A stretch of DNA of 64,000 nucleotides. Origin: Lingula anatina. Its lineage: Eukaryota > Animalia > Brachiopoda. Location of the stretch: contig CM120640.1 of NCBI GenBank assembly GCA_051362555.1, positions 58,134,788 to 58,198,787 on the forward strand, given 5' to 3'. A program made the translations under genes and the position numbers. Position 1 is the first letter of the stretch, and every line of letters starts with the position of its first letter. A model generated the notes under the pieces. That model was given only the letters and a program-made list of their open reading frames with translations. It was not told the origin of the DNA and did not search any database. Shown in pieces: positions 36,844 through 48,654 of the stretch.

Positions 36844-38879
36844 ATGGCTGTCAGAGGGTTGCTTTCAGTGAACAAGAACATCAATCCTGATGCTTGGATG
36901 GAGAGAGCGCTGGATGAATTTCACTTGTTACCTAAACTGCATCAGGCAATATATCAAAATAATTTACAAAATGTAAATAATTTGAAGATTGAAGTGTTTT
37001 TGTGATTAAACTTTGGGTAATTTTATTCTGTTTTTATGTCAAACATTAAACATTAAAACTTAGGGGAGAAAAAAAATCAAGATGATTCAAGGTCATTCAA
37101 GAAGTTCAACATAATTTAAGAACATATTTAAAACAACTTTTTTGTGCAGCATTTTGAATTACAAAGAGCATTATAAGCCATTGATTAAATTGTTATAATT
37201 ATTAAACCCTATATTATAAATGATAAAGTGGTAGTTAATATGAAGCATAGACTACAGAAGAAGGATCACATACAATCTGGGATGTATGTGGTTCCAATTA
37301 TGTGCCTCCGTGCCTGTAAAATTTAACTGTAACAAAAGGAAATACAAGTAATTAAAATGTATTAGATAATTTGAATGTTTAAAATTTCATTTTTTTTATT
37401 AAAATATCTTTTCTTGTTTAATTTTTTTAGGTTAAAAATTTGATAAACAGTGGGTGCAATATTAATGAAAAGAATGACATGGGAGAAACCGCACTCTATT
37501 TTGCAGCTTATTTTGGAAAACAGAAGTGAGTATGGAGTTCTGCAACAGAAGAGTAGACTAATTTAGCTTGTTTTTGTCTACTTTTTCAGTTGCTGTTATC
37601 CGGTCTGTGGGTTTAAAAGAAATGCACATGGGATTTATATTGATAAAATCTCTTTTATTTTGCTCACTTTGGATGTCCATAGTGCTTATTATATGCAAGA
37701 TGCATTTTATCCTATTTAACAACATACAAGCCACTTTATTTTATGGACGAAGTAAACATTAAATTAACATAAGTATAGAATCCTTTAATTGTTTTCATTT
37801 TTTATGTCCTTTTGTTACTGTTAGCCTTTGCCGAAAATCCATGGACTATCCTTTTGTATGATATTTGGAATTTTTATGAGGCTAATTTTTTCTACAGGAT
37901 TCTTGAATATCTTTTTTCCTGTGTTGACCTACAAGTTATGGGAGAATACAGAGGAGAATCTGAATTACATGCAGCTGCACGTGCTGGACACATAGAGTGT
38001 CTGAGGCTGTGCCTAAAAAATGGCAGTTACATAGATGCACAGTCATTAGAAGACAACTGGACTGCACTTCATATAGCCTGCTTCAGAAAAGATACAAATA
38101 TCATTCGCTTGTTGATGGAAAACAAAGCTAACACCAATGTTGTTGCACACTATGGCTATAAACCAATTAATTTACTATTTATTCTATTTGACCCACAAGC
38201 TTATTTAATTGTACGCTGCTTAGACACTGATTTGATTTTGCAGTGCATGGAAGAATTGCTAGTTAGTCCATATGTAGATGTGAACCATTGGTCTTTCATT
38301 CCTGGTAGGACAGGGCCCTTCGTTTCTGCAAATCCAACACCTTTAGAAAGAGCCTGTGGGATTGTAAGTCCTGATTTGGTTCGGCTTTTGTTGAACAATG
38401 GTGCAAGGGCTGATGGTATTTATCAGAAGTCCTGTGTGAGAGTACCACTGTTATGTCTTTTTCATTTACTGGACACCTTGTCTTCATTTAAGCTGGACAC
38501 ATGTCAGAAAATACAGGATTTTCAAAGGTGCATTGAACTCTTATTATGTCATGGCATTAAAAATGATGTAATGCAATTGTTTACTAGACCAAAAGATTAT
38601 AGAAAAAAAACAGTGGCTGGTGCAAGACTGAGAACTATCACCAATATAAGACAGCAGATAAGAAAAAAGAACATGGAGGAATATTTTCCAGAATATTTGA
38701 AGTCAGAATGGAAGAGATTTCTGTCTTGGCTACAATTTAAAGAGAACAATGTATCATCTTTAAAATCCTTAGTGCGAATGAAAATAAGAGAAACAGTAGG
38801 TCACAGAGTCCAATGTCATGTTAAAGAATTACCTATTCCAAGATTGCTTAAGGAATGTGTGCTCCTGTATGATATTTGA
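36844..38879 (+). CDS. Ankyrin repeat and SOCS box protein (ASB family), about 401 aa
   Basis: Exons 36844-36972, 37431-37525 and 37898-38879 join in frame. Ankyrin repeats (GETALYFAAYFG, GESELHAAARAGH, NWTALHIACFR, PTPLERACG) and a C-terminal SOCS box SLKSLVRMKIR...LPIPRLLKECVL. Confidence 0.88.
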
Positions 38880-39149
38880 TGAGCTGACAACATTCATTCA
38901 CATAATTTTACAAGCATAATTTAATAGAAAAGCAAATGTCTTTTTAGGCTATGCCTGGATGTTCATATGTACATGTATAACTACTGGTGCTGTTATAATA
39001 AATGCTACATTATAACCAAGATATCTGTTCACAATTTATTATTTTCAATACTGGAGCCTTGAAAAACTATTTGTTTGTATAAGTTTACGTGTGTGTTGTT
39101 TTCTCATAACAAGAAAATGCTCCTTAAAAAGTATTTTACTGTGTGAACA

Positions 39150-39432
39150 GGTTTGACGATAGAACTTTGTTGGCGATAAATGAATTGCGCATAAGCGACC
39201 ATAGTTTGATAATCATCCAATCATTGACCACATTTTTCTAAACTGCGGGATCACACTGCTTGGGTCAGAAACCGAAGTGGCAACGATCACCGGATAGAAA
39301 GTGTCAATAACACATAGATCTTTATTGATTGAGGCACCAAGGTTATTGCACAAGTAACTGGTTAACCAAAATTGTTTCACTATAGACCGACAAGTCAAAC
39401 TTGTCTGGGAGAGATTTTTTTCAACGCATAAG
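39150..39432 (+). promoter_or_regulatory. Candidate promoter / non-coding first exon of the Tubby gene
   Basis: A locally CpG-rich patch in CpG-poor DNA, an RFX half-site-like GGCAAC, and a strong donor AAG|GTAAGA at 39432/39433. The Tubby ATG exon has an upstream acceptor at 48641, so an upstream exon is expected. Confidence 0.4.
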
Positions 39433-40755
39433 GTAAGAACGTAGCCCAGCAAAAAGTGCCCCACCATATTTCAATCATCTCCAAAACAAACATGACATCT
39501 GCATAAATGTTTTACATTTGAAATTTGTTGCAGTTTTTGCAGTAAAATGTGTATAAGTTGCATGTTGTCTTTGGCGTTCAGTATTTTGTAACGTAGCTTG
39601 TGTAATTATGAGGCTTGTGCAATGCTTTACAATTTATGAATTGACATAATATAAACTAAATATTGAATCGAACTCTACTTAAGAGTCTACGTAGACAGAT
39701 TCCATGCTTGAAGTTCTTATAAAAACAAAATGCCCGAAGGCCTTATGGCATGAGGCCCAAAACCAATTTAATTGTGGGAAATCTCATTGTGTCAGTAATT
39801 AATAATACGGACTAATATACTTTTTAAGGTCTTTTGACAGTTTCCACTAGATCTCATCTAGATAATCACAACTCACTCTATGGAGAGTGCCTCTCCTGAT
39901 GATACCCAAATGTCAGACTCATAATCAGTTATCAGATAACAATTAAATTCAACATGAATGAAGTATATTCCATCTAAATATTGTGCAAATATACAAGCAA
40001 CAAAGTATTTGTGTAAAAATATTTATTATTCAGAAGCCCTTTTTGTTTGAGTTTATATTTCAAATTAACTCTTGACATATGATATAATAAGAATTGTATT
40101 GGTGAGTATAAAGCACTGAATAAGGTCTCTTCTGCATGAAAAGAAAGACACGAAGAGCATGTTCTGACATATATGACTCACACGCAACAGTTCACATTTA
40201 CTAGGTACAACATGTACTAAGAAATGTAATACTCAGTTTAGTTATTAAGGATATTGCATGTAGCACTATATTGTCCCATTGCTGTGTTTGGAACAAACTT
40301 TGTCAAACTATGATAGACCAAGCTTAATCAGTGGTTAAATGTCTTTCTCTTTCTCCAGTGGTGTGATGAACAAAATTATTTTTAAAATGACCCAGAAAAT
40401 TGTATTATTACCACAAATTTTAAATAAAGACAAATACATATGCAGATTCCCTTAGTAAAGTGACCTGCATTGTTTGTTGATAATTGAAACACCTTAGTTA
40501 CAAAGTGCATTAAATTTTGTCACTTGTTGAATTGTTGCATTTTATAGTGTAGCATTTTATAATTTTGTTATTTGATAAACAGGTATCCTTTGTGTTCCTT
40601 GGTAAATACCTCAGTCCCCTCCGTTTTTCAAAATTTAGTGATATTGAACACAAAGTTATTCTATGTTTTCATTTGAAATATATGCAACTTTTATACAAGT
40701 CGAAATATGCATAGTTGTTTGTACATTAACAACAAGAAATTTGAATAATTATTTA

Positions 40756-41073
40756 CAGGCCTACCCATCTACCAGACTCGGCACTGTATGATCCCAAATT
40801 TACCAGTAGATCGGACCACACTACCTGTTTTCAAGTTGTGCGTCAGTATGCATTTCACAGTATCATACCCTGGAACAAATTTTGAGATGGGATGCACTAC
40901 TTTCCAACCCTGCTGAGAATCATCACTATCATACCGCATACTAGGCAAGAACGGAGTTGTGTCTGATACTTCGAAGCGCGTACTGATACACACCTTGAAA
41001 ACGGGTATTGTGGTCCAATCTCCCAATGAATTCAGGATCATCCGGTGACGAGTCTGGTAGCTGGGTAGGCCTG
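40756..41073. mobile_element. MITE with long (~112 bp) imperfect inverted arms
   Basis: CAGGCCTACCCATCTACCAGACTCG ... CGAGTCTGGTAGCTGGGTAGGCCTG; the inverted similarity continues about 110 bp inward. TSD not evident. Confidence 0.75.
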
Positions 41074-42325
41074 ATATAGGGATATAAGCAAAACTTCTTG
41101 ATATGAAATTTTTGGCATGTCTGATTGATTTGTGTCTTGGACACAAGTACCAGAGAATGCCCCCTTAATGACATATGTGATGAACATATATGCCATGCTA
41201 TCTGCTTAAACTATGATCACTTGTGCATTGGACTTGCAGTGTGCAGACATGTGTAATACTTCAGTGATAACTGAGTCAACATGCATTAACTGACATTTGA
41301 TTCTACCATCTGTCGTGTAAATGTACATTTGGTTTGATATTAGATAACCTGAAGTAAGTCGTACTAAAGAGTTAATCATTTTGGCCAACTGAAGCTGTAG
41401 CTCCAAATAGTTTTTTTTTTTTTTTTTTGCAATATATGTCACATTTATAATGCATTAATTCAGTAGTATTGGAATCAGATACAGTTATTTAATCTGTTTG
41501 CTTCACAAAAATGTATTTCAGACTGAAAAAAATGGAATATTGCAATAAGTGTTCAAAGAAAATCAGGAATATACTTTAAACTGGTAAATATGTAGACATG
41601 ACAAATGGGGAATTGGAAAACGTTACCAGTTTGGTCCTATGAATGCGTGAATTTCATCACATTGGTAAGCCTTTGACTGGTGACTTGCAAGTTTTGCTAT
41701 GACTGTATACTTGATGAACAATAATGAAGGCTTACAAATTGGTATTGTTTGTTATAGAATTTTTTTCTGATTTATATAGCGCAAGTGTGTAATGGCTGTC
41801 ATGTTTTCATTATCCTCTTCCTTAATTTTGAGGATGAATAACAACTTTTGGGTTATCTTAGATATTTGAAAGCCAGTTATATATATTTGAACATATGATG
41901 GTCCTTATTATGTGTGTATGAAATGTTCTTTCTTATCCATTTTTCATAAAACATGGTTATATAATTATTGATCAAATTTATTCAGAACAGAACCATGTCC
42001 TTTTCATCATCAAGTATCACTAAGGTATAAGGGAAAGGTAGATCATGAGTCTGTTAATGAATATTCAGCATTCATTTAATATGATATTAACTGATAATGT
42101 TCTAATATAAGATAATTGATATATTCAAGGGAAAAAGTTTTATGATGCTAGCATGATGCTCTTATTTTATGTCTCAAAGCATGGATATTCAGTTTACGTT
42201 GAATAGATTTAATTCATTTGCATAAAAATGTGCAGCCATTTTTTAAAATTAGTTTTCATATTTTCATTTTAAGTATATTCTAAGAATGATGTGATTTTTT
42301 CTTCAGTCAACAGCCATAGTTTTTA

Positions 42326-42370
42326 CCTCCAATATTTCGATGTCTAGCAGGACATCTTCATCAGGGAATG
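42326..42370 (-). ncRNA. Minimal type I hammerhead ribozyme motif
   Basis: The minus strand reads CAUUCC-CUGAUGA-A-GAUGUC(CUGCUA)GACAUC-GAAA-UAUU-GGAGG. Confidence 0.65.
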
Positions 42371-42411
42371 AGGCTATCCAGGTGAATAACCTCTATTCAG
42401 GAGATATACGT

Positions 42412-42458
42412 ACCCCCCCCCCCCCCCCACACACACACACACATACACACACACACAC
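42412..42458. repeat. Poly-C plus (CA)n microsatellite
   Basis: C run followed by ACAC repeats in the spacer of the Penelope-like element. Confidence 0.9.
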
Positions 42459-42614
42459 CTATTGTCTTAGGAAAGGGAGGTAGAGGTCATGGAGGATGGC
42501 TTTATCATTTCTGTTGAGACTGGCCCCTGTCTTTTTGATATGGATGGCCAATAGGACTTTTCTGTAATTTTCCCTTGGTTTACTGTCAATAGAGGTTATT
42601 CACCTGGATAGCCT

Positions 42615-42656
42615 CATTTCCTGATGAAGATGTCCCAGACATCGAAATATTGGATG
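42615..42656 (+). ncRNA. Minimal type I hammerhead ribozyme motif
   Basis: CAUUUC-CUGAUGA-A-GAUGUC(CCA)GACAUC-GAAA-UAUU-GGAUG. Helix III would be the palindrome AUAU, with predicted cleavage after U42651. Confidence 0.65.
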
Positions 42657-43162
42657 TAAAAACTCAATATTAGCTGTTGGCTGAAGAAAAAATCACATCA
42701 TTCTTATAACATAACACAGCTGATGAAATTCTTCTCTAAGTATATTCTGTTTGCAGCATTCAGTCTTTTTTGTGAGTGGAATGGAAAACAGGTATGTGGT
42801 TAGTAGATGTTGTGGTTATCTGTCTCTGTTATGCTATCAGTTAATGTTAAGCCAGTTAAAGAATATCTGTGATAAATGAACCCCTTAGTCCAGCTTGATA
42901 TGTACAGTAGAGCTCAGAGATAATAGTTACAAGGGGATTGCACATAAGGAAGAGTCTAGAGGCAAACTGTAGTTTTGAGAATATACTTTAATCTGAATTA
43001 TTTATATCAGTTCACCTCCTGGATTAACATATTATATATATGTATTTTTTCCTATTGTTCCATCTTTGCTATATTTTGTTGCAAGAGTAAAATGCAAAAT
43101 GATTTTAAGTTTATAGAATGTTTGGCTCTGAACAAGATGTGATTTGTAACTAGGATCTCTAA

Positions 43163-43357
43163 GGCCGCATTCACATCGAGAAGCGCAGAGGCTCAACAAA
43201 GCCGCGACCTAAACATGGCGGAGAGGAAGGAAAACCGCCTAATATTTTAATAGTCTCTCTGCATCTCACACACCTCCCCACACATCATCCTTGCAGGGGC
43301 ACAGTCATTAAGTCGCGGCTTTGTTGAGCCTCGGCTCTTCTCGATGTGAATGCGGCC
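43163..43357. mobile_element. PIF/Harbinger (Tourist-like) MITE
   Basis: TAA|GGCCGCATTCACATCGAGAAG...CTTCTCGATGTGAATGCGGCC|TAA; near-perfect TIRs of about 47 bp and a 3-bp TAA TSD. Confidence 0.85.
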
Positions 43358-45723
43358 TAAATATTATACATATTGGTTACCCTGAAAAATTAGTCTGAAT
43401 ATTCAATAATAACCATATTGATGGACAGGTTTTGTCTCTGTCTCTGGAGGCTAAACTAATTGCATTTTGTGTTTGTTGTCATCTAACGTTTCTCTGTGGA
43501 TTTAAAGGGCAAACCATAAGGAAGTGAAATGAGTTAGTAACCTTAAAAATCTTAACATTCTGTAACAACAGGCAAAAACAGTGCATATTGATATTTACTG
43601 TTGTCATTAATATTAGATAAGGTATCAATTCATCTTTTTATAAATTTTATATTAGCAAAATGTTCTCATCGACAGGGGTGTTAATATAGATGATATATTC
43701 TACATGAGATGACTTACACTTTGTCTCCATTCTAAGCTTTTGTTGACACAAATTATCTCTATCTTTCCTGAAAGATTTTCACATTTTATTTAGGTATTAG
43801 CAATTCACAAGAATTTCATTTCTTTTAATCTTGCAAAAATTTGTATTTAAATTAAATAAAAGTGAAAATAATAACTATGCAATCACTTAACCATTTAAAG
43901 TTGTATACCAATTTTATGTAAAAAAATCTTTAAAATATTATGTTCTGATTATAGTATTGAACAATTAATTACTGTTAGTGCTAGAAAACTGGAGCATCTC
44001 CAGTAAATGCATTGAAGGTATTTTTTCAGTCTCAAATCCCACTCCGACTAAACTTTGCATTTGTCATGGCAGAATAGTGCTATCTGGAGAAATAATTGCA
44101 GAATCTACCAGTGGAAACTCTGATTAGCCACTTTCAATAAGGACTGACTTTGTAATTATTCTGAATAAAAAGTAAGAAAACTGTGTATTGGAGAAGATCA
44201 GGGTGTAAATTGCAGGGAAAAATATCAAAAATTGCCTTCATTATGCCTTTTCCTTTGGGGTATATTTTAATAAAGCTCCACTATTATTCTTATCCTGCCT
44301 TGTGATCAATATACATGTTGATCTTTGACATGGGATTAGCTTGTAGGAGTGTGTGAAGTCATTTTAGTTGTATGAGTTATACTTCTAATCCATTTCCATA
44401 AGTTACACCAGGAAAGTTGGCTGCAGTTTGTGTTTGTGTGTATGAGAGAAAGTGCAAGAGAGGGTTGTGGTGATTGTGATTGGCTTTAAAAGAAAATTGG
44501 GACTGAGATGCAGTATTTTGAATTATGATGGATATGTATCTGCATTCACAACACTTCTATTACATGTCATTTAGTTGTTTGCTCAACTGATTACATGTGC
44601 ATACATTGGAAACTTCAAGAAATCGTTATTTACATTCACACTTTACTAGCTCATGTAAGTGCATACAAATGTGTACAATGTCTGCTCCCAGTGAGTGATA
44701 GGATATGATTCACATTTGGAGCATGATAGATTCCTTTTTTGTTTTCAGGGCTATTTCGCATTAATCCTTAAAGATGTAGCCATCTCAGTTATAACCTACA
44801 AAAATTCCAAAGAGCTGAAATGTAATTCCTATTTTGGCAATGAAAACAAAAATATGTAAGGGTCTATGAAGCAAGCTTAATTCACACTACAGCCATTTAT
44901 CTGGATAAATGAGGATTTCTGTTTATTGGATTCTCAAAATCCAGCTACTGTGCTGGAATTGTGACTGAGGTTCGAAAAACTCACTGGAACTATCAACTGC
45001 CTTGGGTCTTATGTGTGCACAAAAGCCCTGTTGGTTAAACAATTAATATGATTGCTAAGAATGCTGGAATGTCTTTTGAGTTGCATTTGATGTTACAAAT
45101 AAAAGCAGATGGCCAAAAAAAAATACAATATGAATAGAAAAGTTAATGGTGCCATATTTTTGTACGCACAGGATTTCCTGTGTGGCATATGGGGTTGTTC
45201 AAACAGTAACCAACACCTAGATTTTCAGCATGGGATTGGGTTTTCCTTTTGTTGTGTGGGTACAGGGAAGCAAAATGAATTTTTCAGATGGTAGTATGAA
45301 CAGATGGTAGTATGAACAGGGTATTAGCTTTCCAAGCAGTTAACAGTAATACAAAGCATTAGATAAATAAATAGATATAAAGATAAAAATGATTTAATAA
45401 AATAAAAAACAGGTTTATAGAGACAATAGACTTCTTATGAAATCATTTTTGCTTCCACAATCCTCTGTTTTATAAGGACCTGTCTTAAATCTAACTGTGG
45501 TACATCCTATAACAGACTGTTGAATATCAATAAAATTTTGAAAAGAACTCAATTTCGAATTGGTTTATCTTGAAGATCTCTTCGCAGTAAAATTCTTTTC
45601 CTTTGAGGGTCACAGTGACAATATTATTTTTGATCAAGGTGACTGAATCTAGAAGTATTCAGAAGAATATGGTATCAAGCCTCAATTATAAATGATCCCT
45701 GTGTGATACTTGTAATTATTTTA

Positions 45724-46370
45724 AGGCCTGGTCCCAGGGTGAATTAGGATGAATTTTGCACAAAATTGGTTGATAATTGCTAAACATCCACAATATTCAT
45801 GATACATGATTGTATCATTTGGCCAGCATCCGCACACGTCTGTAATTATCCACAGAGGAACTTTTTTACGTTCCCAAGATTTTTGAGCTGCCCAAAATAT
45901 TGGTTGCGGATGACATGCGCAATACATCCGCAAAACATACGCAATGCATAAGCAATACATAAGCAATACATATGCAATACGTGTGCTGTTTTCCACTCTA
46001 ATCCGCAACTCAGGTAAATTGCGGACTAGGAGACCATGTATGGAGTACGTAAACTGTATGTAGAGTGCCCCTATCACCTCCATATCATGAACTAAAATAA
46101 TATAATGCAGATATTACAATTTGTCAGGATTTAAGCATTTCTGTTGCATCTGATTTGCGAACATCTGCAATGGAACCTGCTTTTATTTGTGATACATGTA
46201 CAATACATAAATATGTTCATAATTCATACTGTTCTTATCAGCACACTATTACGGAAAATTTGTCATTTTTGGTCAATCCTGTTGCGGATGACAATGAATG
46301 CACGAATCTCAAGAAAATTTGTATCCTCAATTCATACTTAATTCATCCTCTCATCAGTGGGACGGGGCCT
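45724..46370. mobile_element. PIF/Harbinger-like non-autonomous element
   Basis: TTA|AGGCCTGGTCCCA ... TGGGACGGGGCCT|TTA; subterminal GGATGAATT motifs at both ends; internal GCAATACAT repeats. Confidence 0.65.
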
Positions 46371-46699
46371 TTAAAGAGGATTCCACCTTTTCTCTAGTGC
46401 AAATTGAATAATTTCGAATAATTTTTAGGTAAACTTACCAGGGTGTTGGTAGATCCATTAAAAATGTGGGTGGTTGCTCAACTCTGTTGCAGCAGTGAAA
46501 ATCAACAGAGGTGCCTGAAGTACCAGAAGTGCCTTTTTGTACTTTGTGACATGAAGTTAGAAACATTGGAAACTGATCTTACACAAATTTTCAAACAGCA
46601 AATTAAAAGTTTGCCACCCCATGTGAAGAGACACATGGGTGTTGAATACAGCAACAAAAAGGGCTAGAAGAGAGTTAATTATCTCTGCATGAAAAAAGT

Positions 46700-47090
46700 C
46701 AGGGATCCCGTTATCCTGCCTGTCTGTGCAACCTGTACGTCATTGTGTTAGTAATTTCTGCTACTTCCTCCTAGACCATATAGAGTTAATAAGTTCAAAC
46801 CTAGGTGATTGAAAGACCTGTAATCAGGGATATGTGTGGGTACTTTGGAATTTTAGTGCAGCTGGGGTTTGGGCTGACCCTGAGGGGGTTGATTCTCAAC
46901 TCACATTGTAATTTCTCATAAGTCCTCCTAGACCATTAGAATGAGGAAATTCATACTTGTTAATTGAGAGATCTATCATCAGGAATGTACATGGGCACTT
47001 CCGAATTTTTGTGCAACATAGCCTTTGATCCTCCTTTTCTGACACCCCCATAACAATCAGGGAAAATAAACCCAGGCTTAAGCAATGCTT
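46700..47090 (+). mobile_element. Degenerate HINE-like fragment with a ~157-bp internal repeat
   Basis: TAATTTCT..CTCCTAGACCAT recurs at about 46752-46779 and 46909-46936, and a CTGTCTGT microsatellite-like stretch lies near the start. Confidence 0.35.
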
Positions 47091-48654
47091 TTTGAAAGTT
47101 TGCCATCCCTTCCAACTCCATTCTCACCTTGACTTCCAGGTTGTCACTTAAGAATTGCAGATTCTGTGAAGAAATCAACATGATGGGCTAATTTTGACAT
47201 AAGTTCAGGCATATTTCAAAAACTTGCATAAAACAACATGTTCAGTGCAAAAATAGCAGTAATGTTTACAAATTAGAGGGCAGTTATAGACTGTTCATGA
47301 AGTTAGGCAGTGCAAACATTAAGTTTGTAAAAGTGTAATTTTTTCAATGTTTGCTGAAATATGCCAATTAATGCTAAAATGGAACAATGGGGATGGCTTT
47401 TTTACTTTTTGTTAAGTGTCTGTATATTTGCTTGATTTGCTGTCTATATATATTTATATATCTTGCTAAGAATACTGTTTGAATAAGAGGATTTCCTGCG
47501 CTATAAAATAATCATATAGTTAAAACGGAATAGACTGAACACCTATGTTCACATTACATCTTCTTAAAACCACTGCAGTGTTTTGAGAGTACAGAGCTAT
47601 ATGAGACGATTATGTATAGTTTATCTGAAGACTGTGCTCTCCTGTTGGAAGATGGGTATGTGGCTTATGTTTAGTTTTTATAAAAAGAGACATAATCTAT
47701 GAATTGTAATGACAAAAAAGCATAGGGCTATGTAATTTTGTATCTATTGCAGTTTGATTCCACACATGTAGACATTGCAAACCTGTCAATCCATTAGGGC
47801 AGGCATTTTGATCATTAGAATCTGAATCAAGCCAGTACTGTTAAACAACAGTAAATCATATGTTTTGCAACAAGTCATTCTCAACTCATTCATTGATAGT
47901 GACATTTTTAGTGTGAACTGGCAATATCTTACATATCTGCAATAATAATGACTGGCATATTACTTCCCGTGTTCTCTCATGTCTGCACATGTGCAGTTAT
48001 ATTGAGCACGATCATGTTATTTTGAATAGTTGTGAACCAGTTTTGCATGGCACCGTTTCATAATTAATGTTCCTTTGAAAATTAGTTAAAAAAACAAGTT
48101 ATATTTTATTTTTCACATCAGTATTTACAGTAGTTAGATTTAATCTCTTCTCTGTTTCAGCTATGATATTATTGTTCACTGATTTCATAAAACAGCTCGT
48201 ATTTGCAGAAAAATAACTGTCCAGTCATCTCCTTATTTGGCATACCAATAAATTTCAAATCACTATAGTTGCCTATATTTGTGTTCAGTTCCTTCAAAAT
48301 TACCAAATTATATTGATGTGCTGTAATATATCATTGCTCATGTTCAAGAGTGATGGATTGGCCTAGAGTTCACATTGTGTGAGGTTGTTCTCTGTTGATT
48401 TGTTCTCAGTGTATCACAAGTGTCATACAGTATGCAGATGTGTATGGCAGTATATTATAGTTATGTAAATACAGTTATAAGTGACACATTATGTACATGC
48501 ATATGGATTTATGTGCCAATGATTACCAATTTTTCAAATTAATTATTTGTGAATTTTGTGGAAAAAAAAAATCGCATGTGCCTAAATGAAGTATTTTGGA
48601 AAAAATAAAAGAAAATGTATTTTATTTATTTATTTTCTTAGAAACCCACAAAAC

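Larger units (their letters stand above)
42282..42736. mobile_element. Non-autonomous Penelope-like retroelement remnant with inverted terminal repeats and 12-bp TSD
   Basis: TSD TAAGTATATTCT at 42270-42281 and 42737-42748. Inverted arms at 42281-42397 and 42588-42706 each carry a hammerhead core, and the right arm has an extra ~30-nt tail. Confidence 0.75.

Noticed and set aside
40769-41174. ORFs of 125 and 77 aa
   Set aside because: They lie within a palindromic MITE and show no recognisable protein features.
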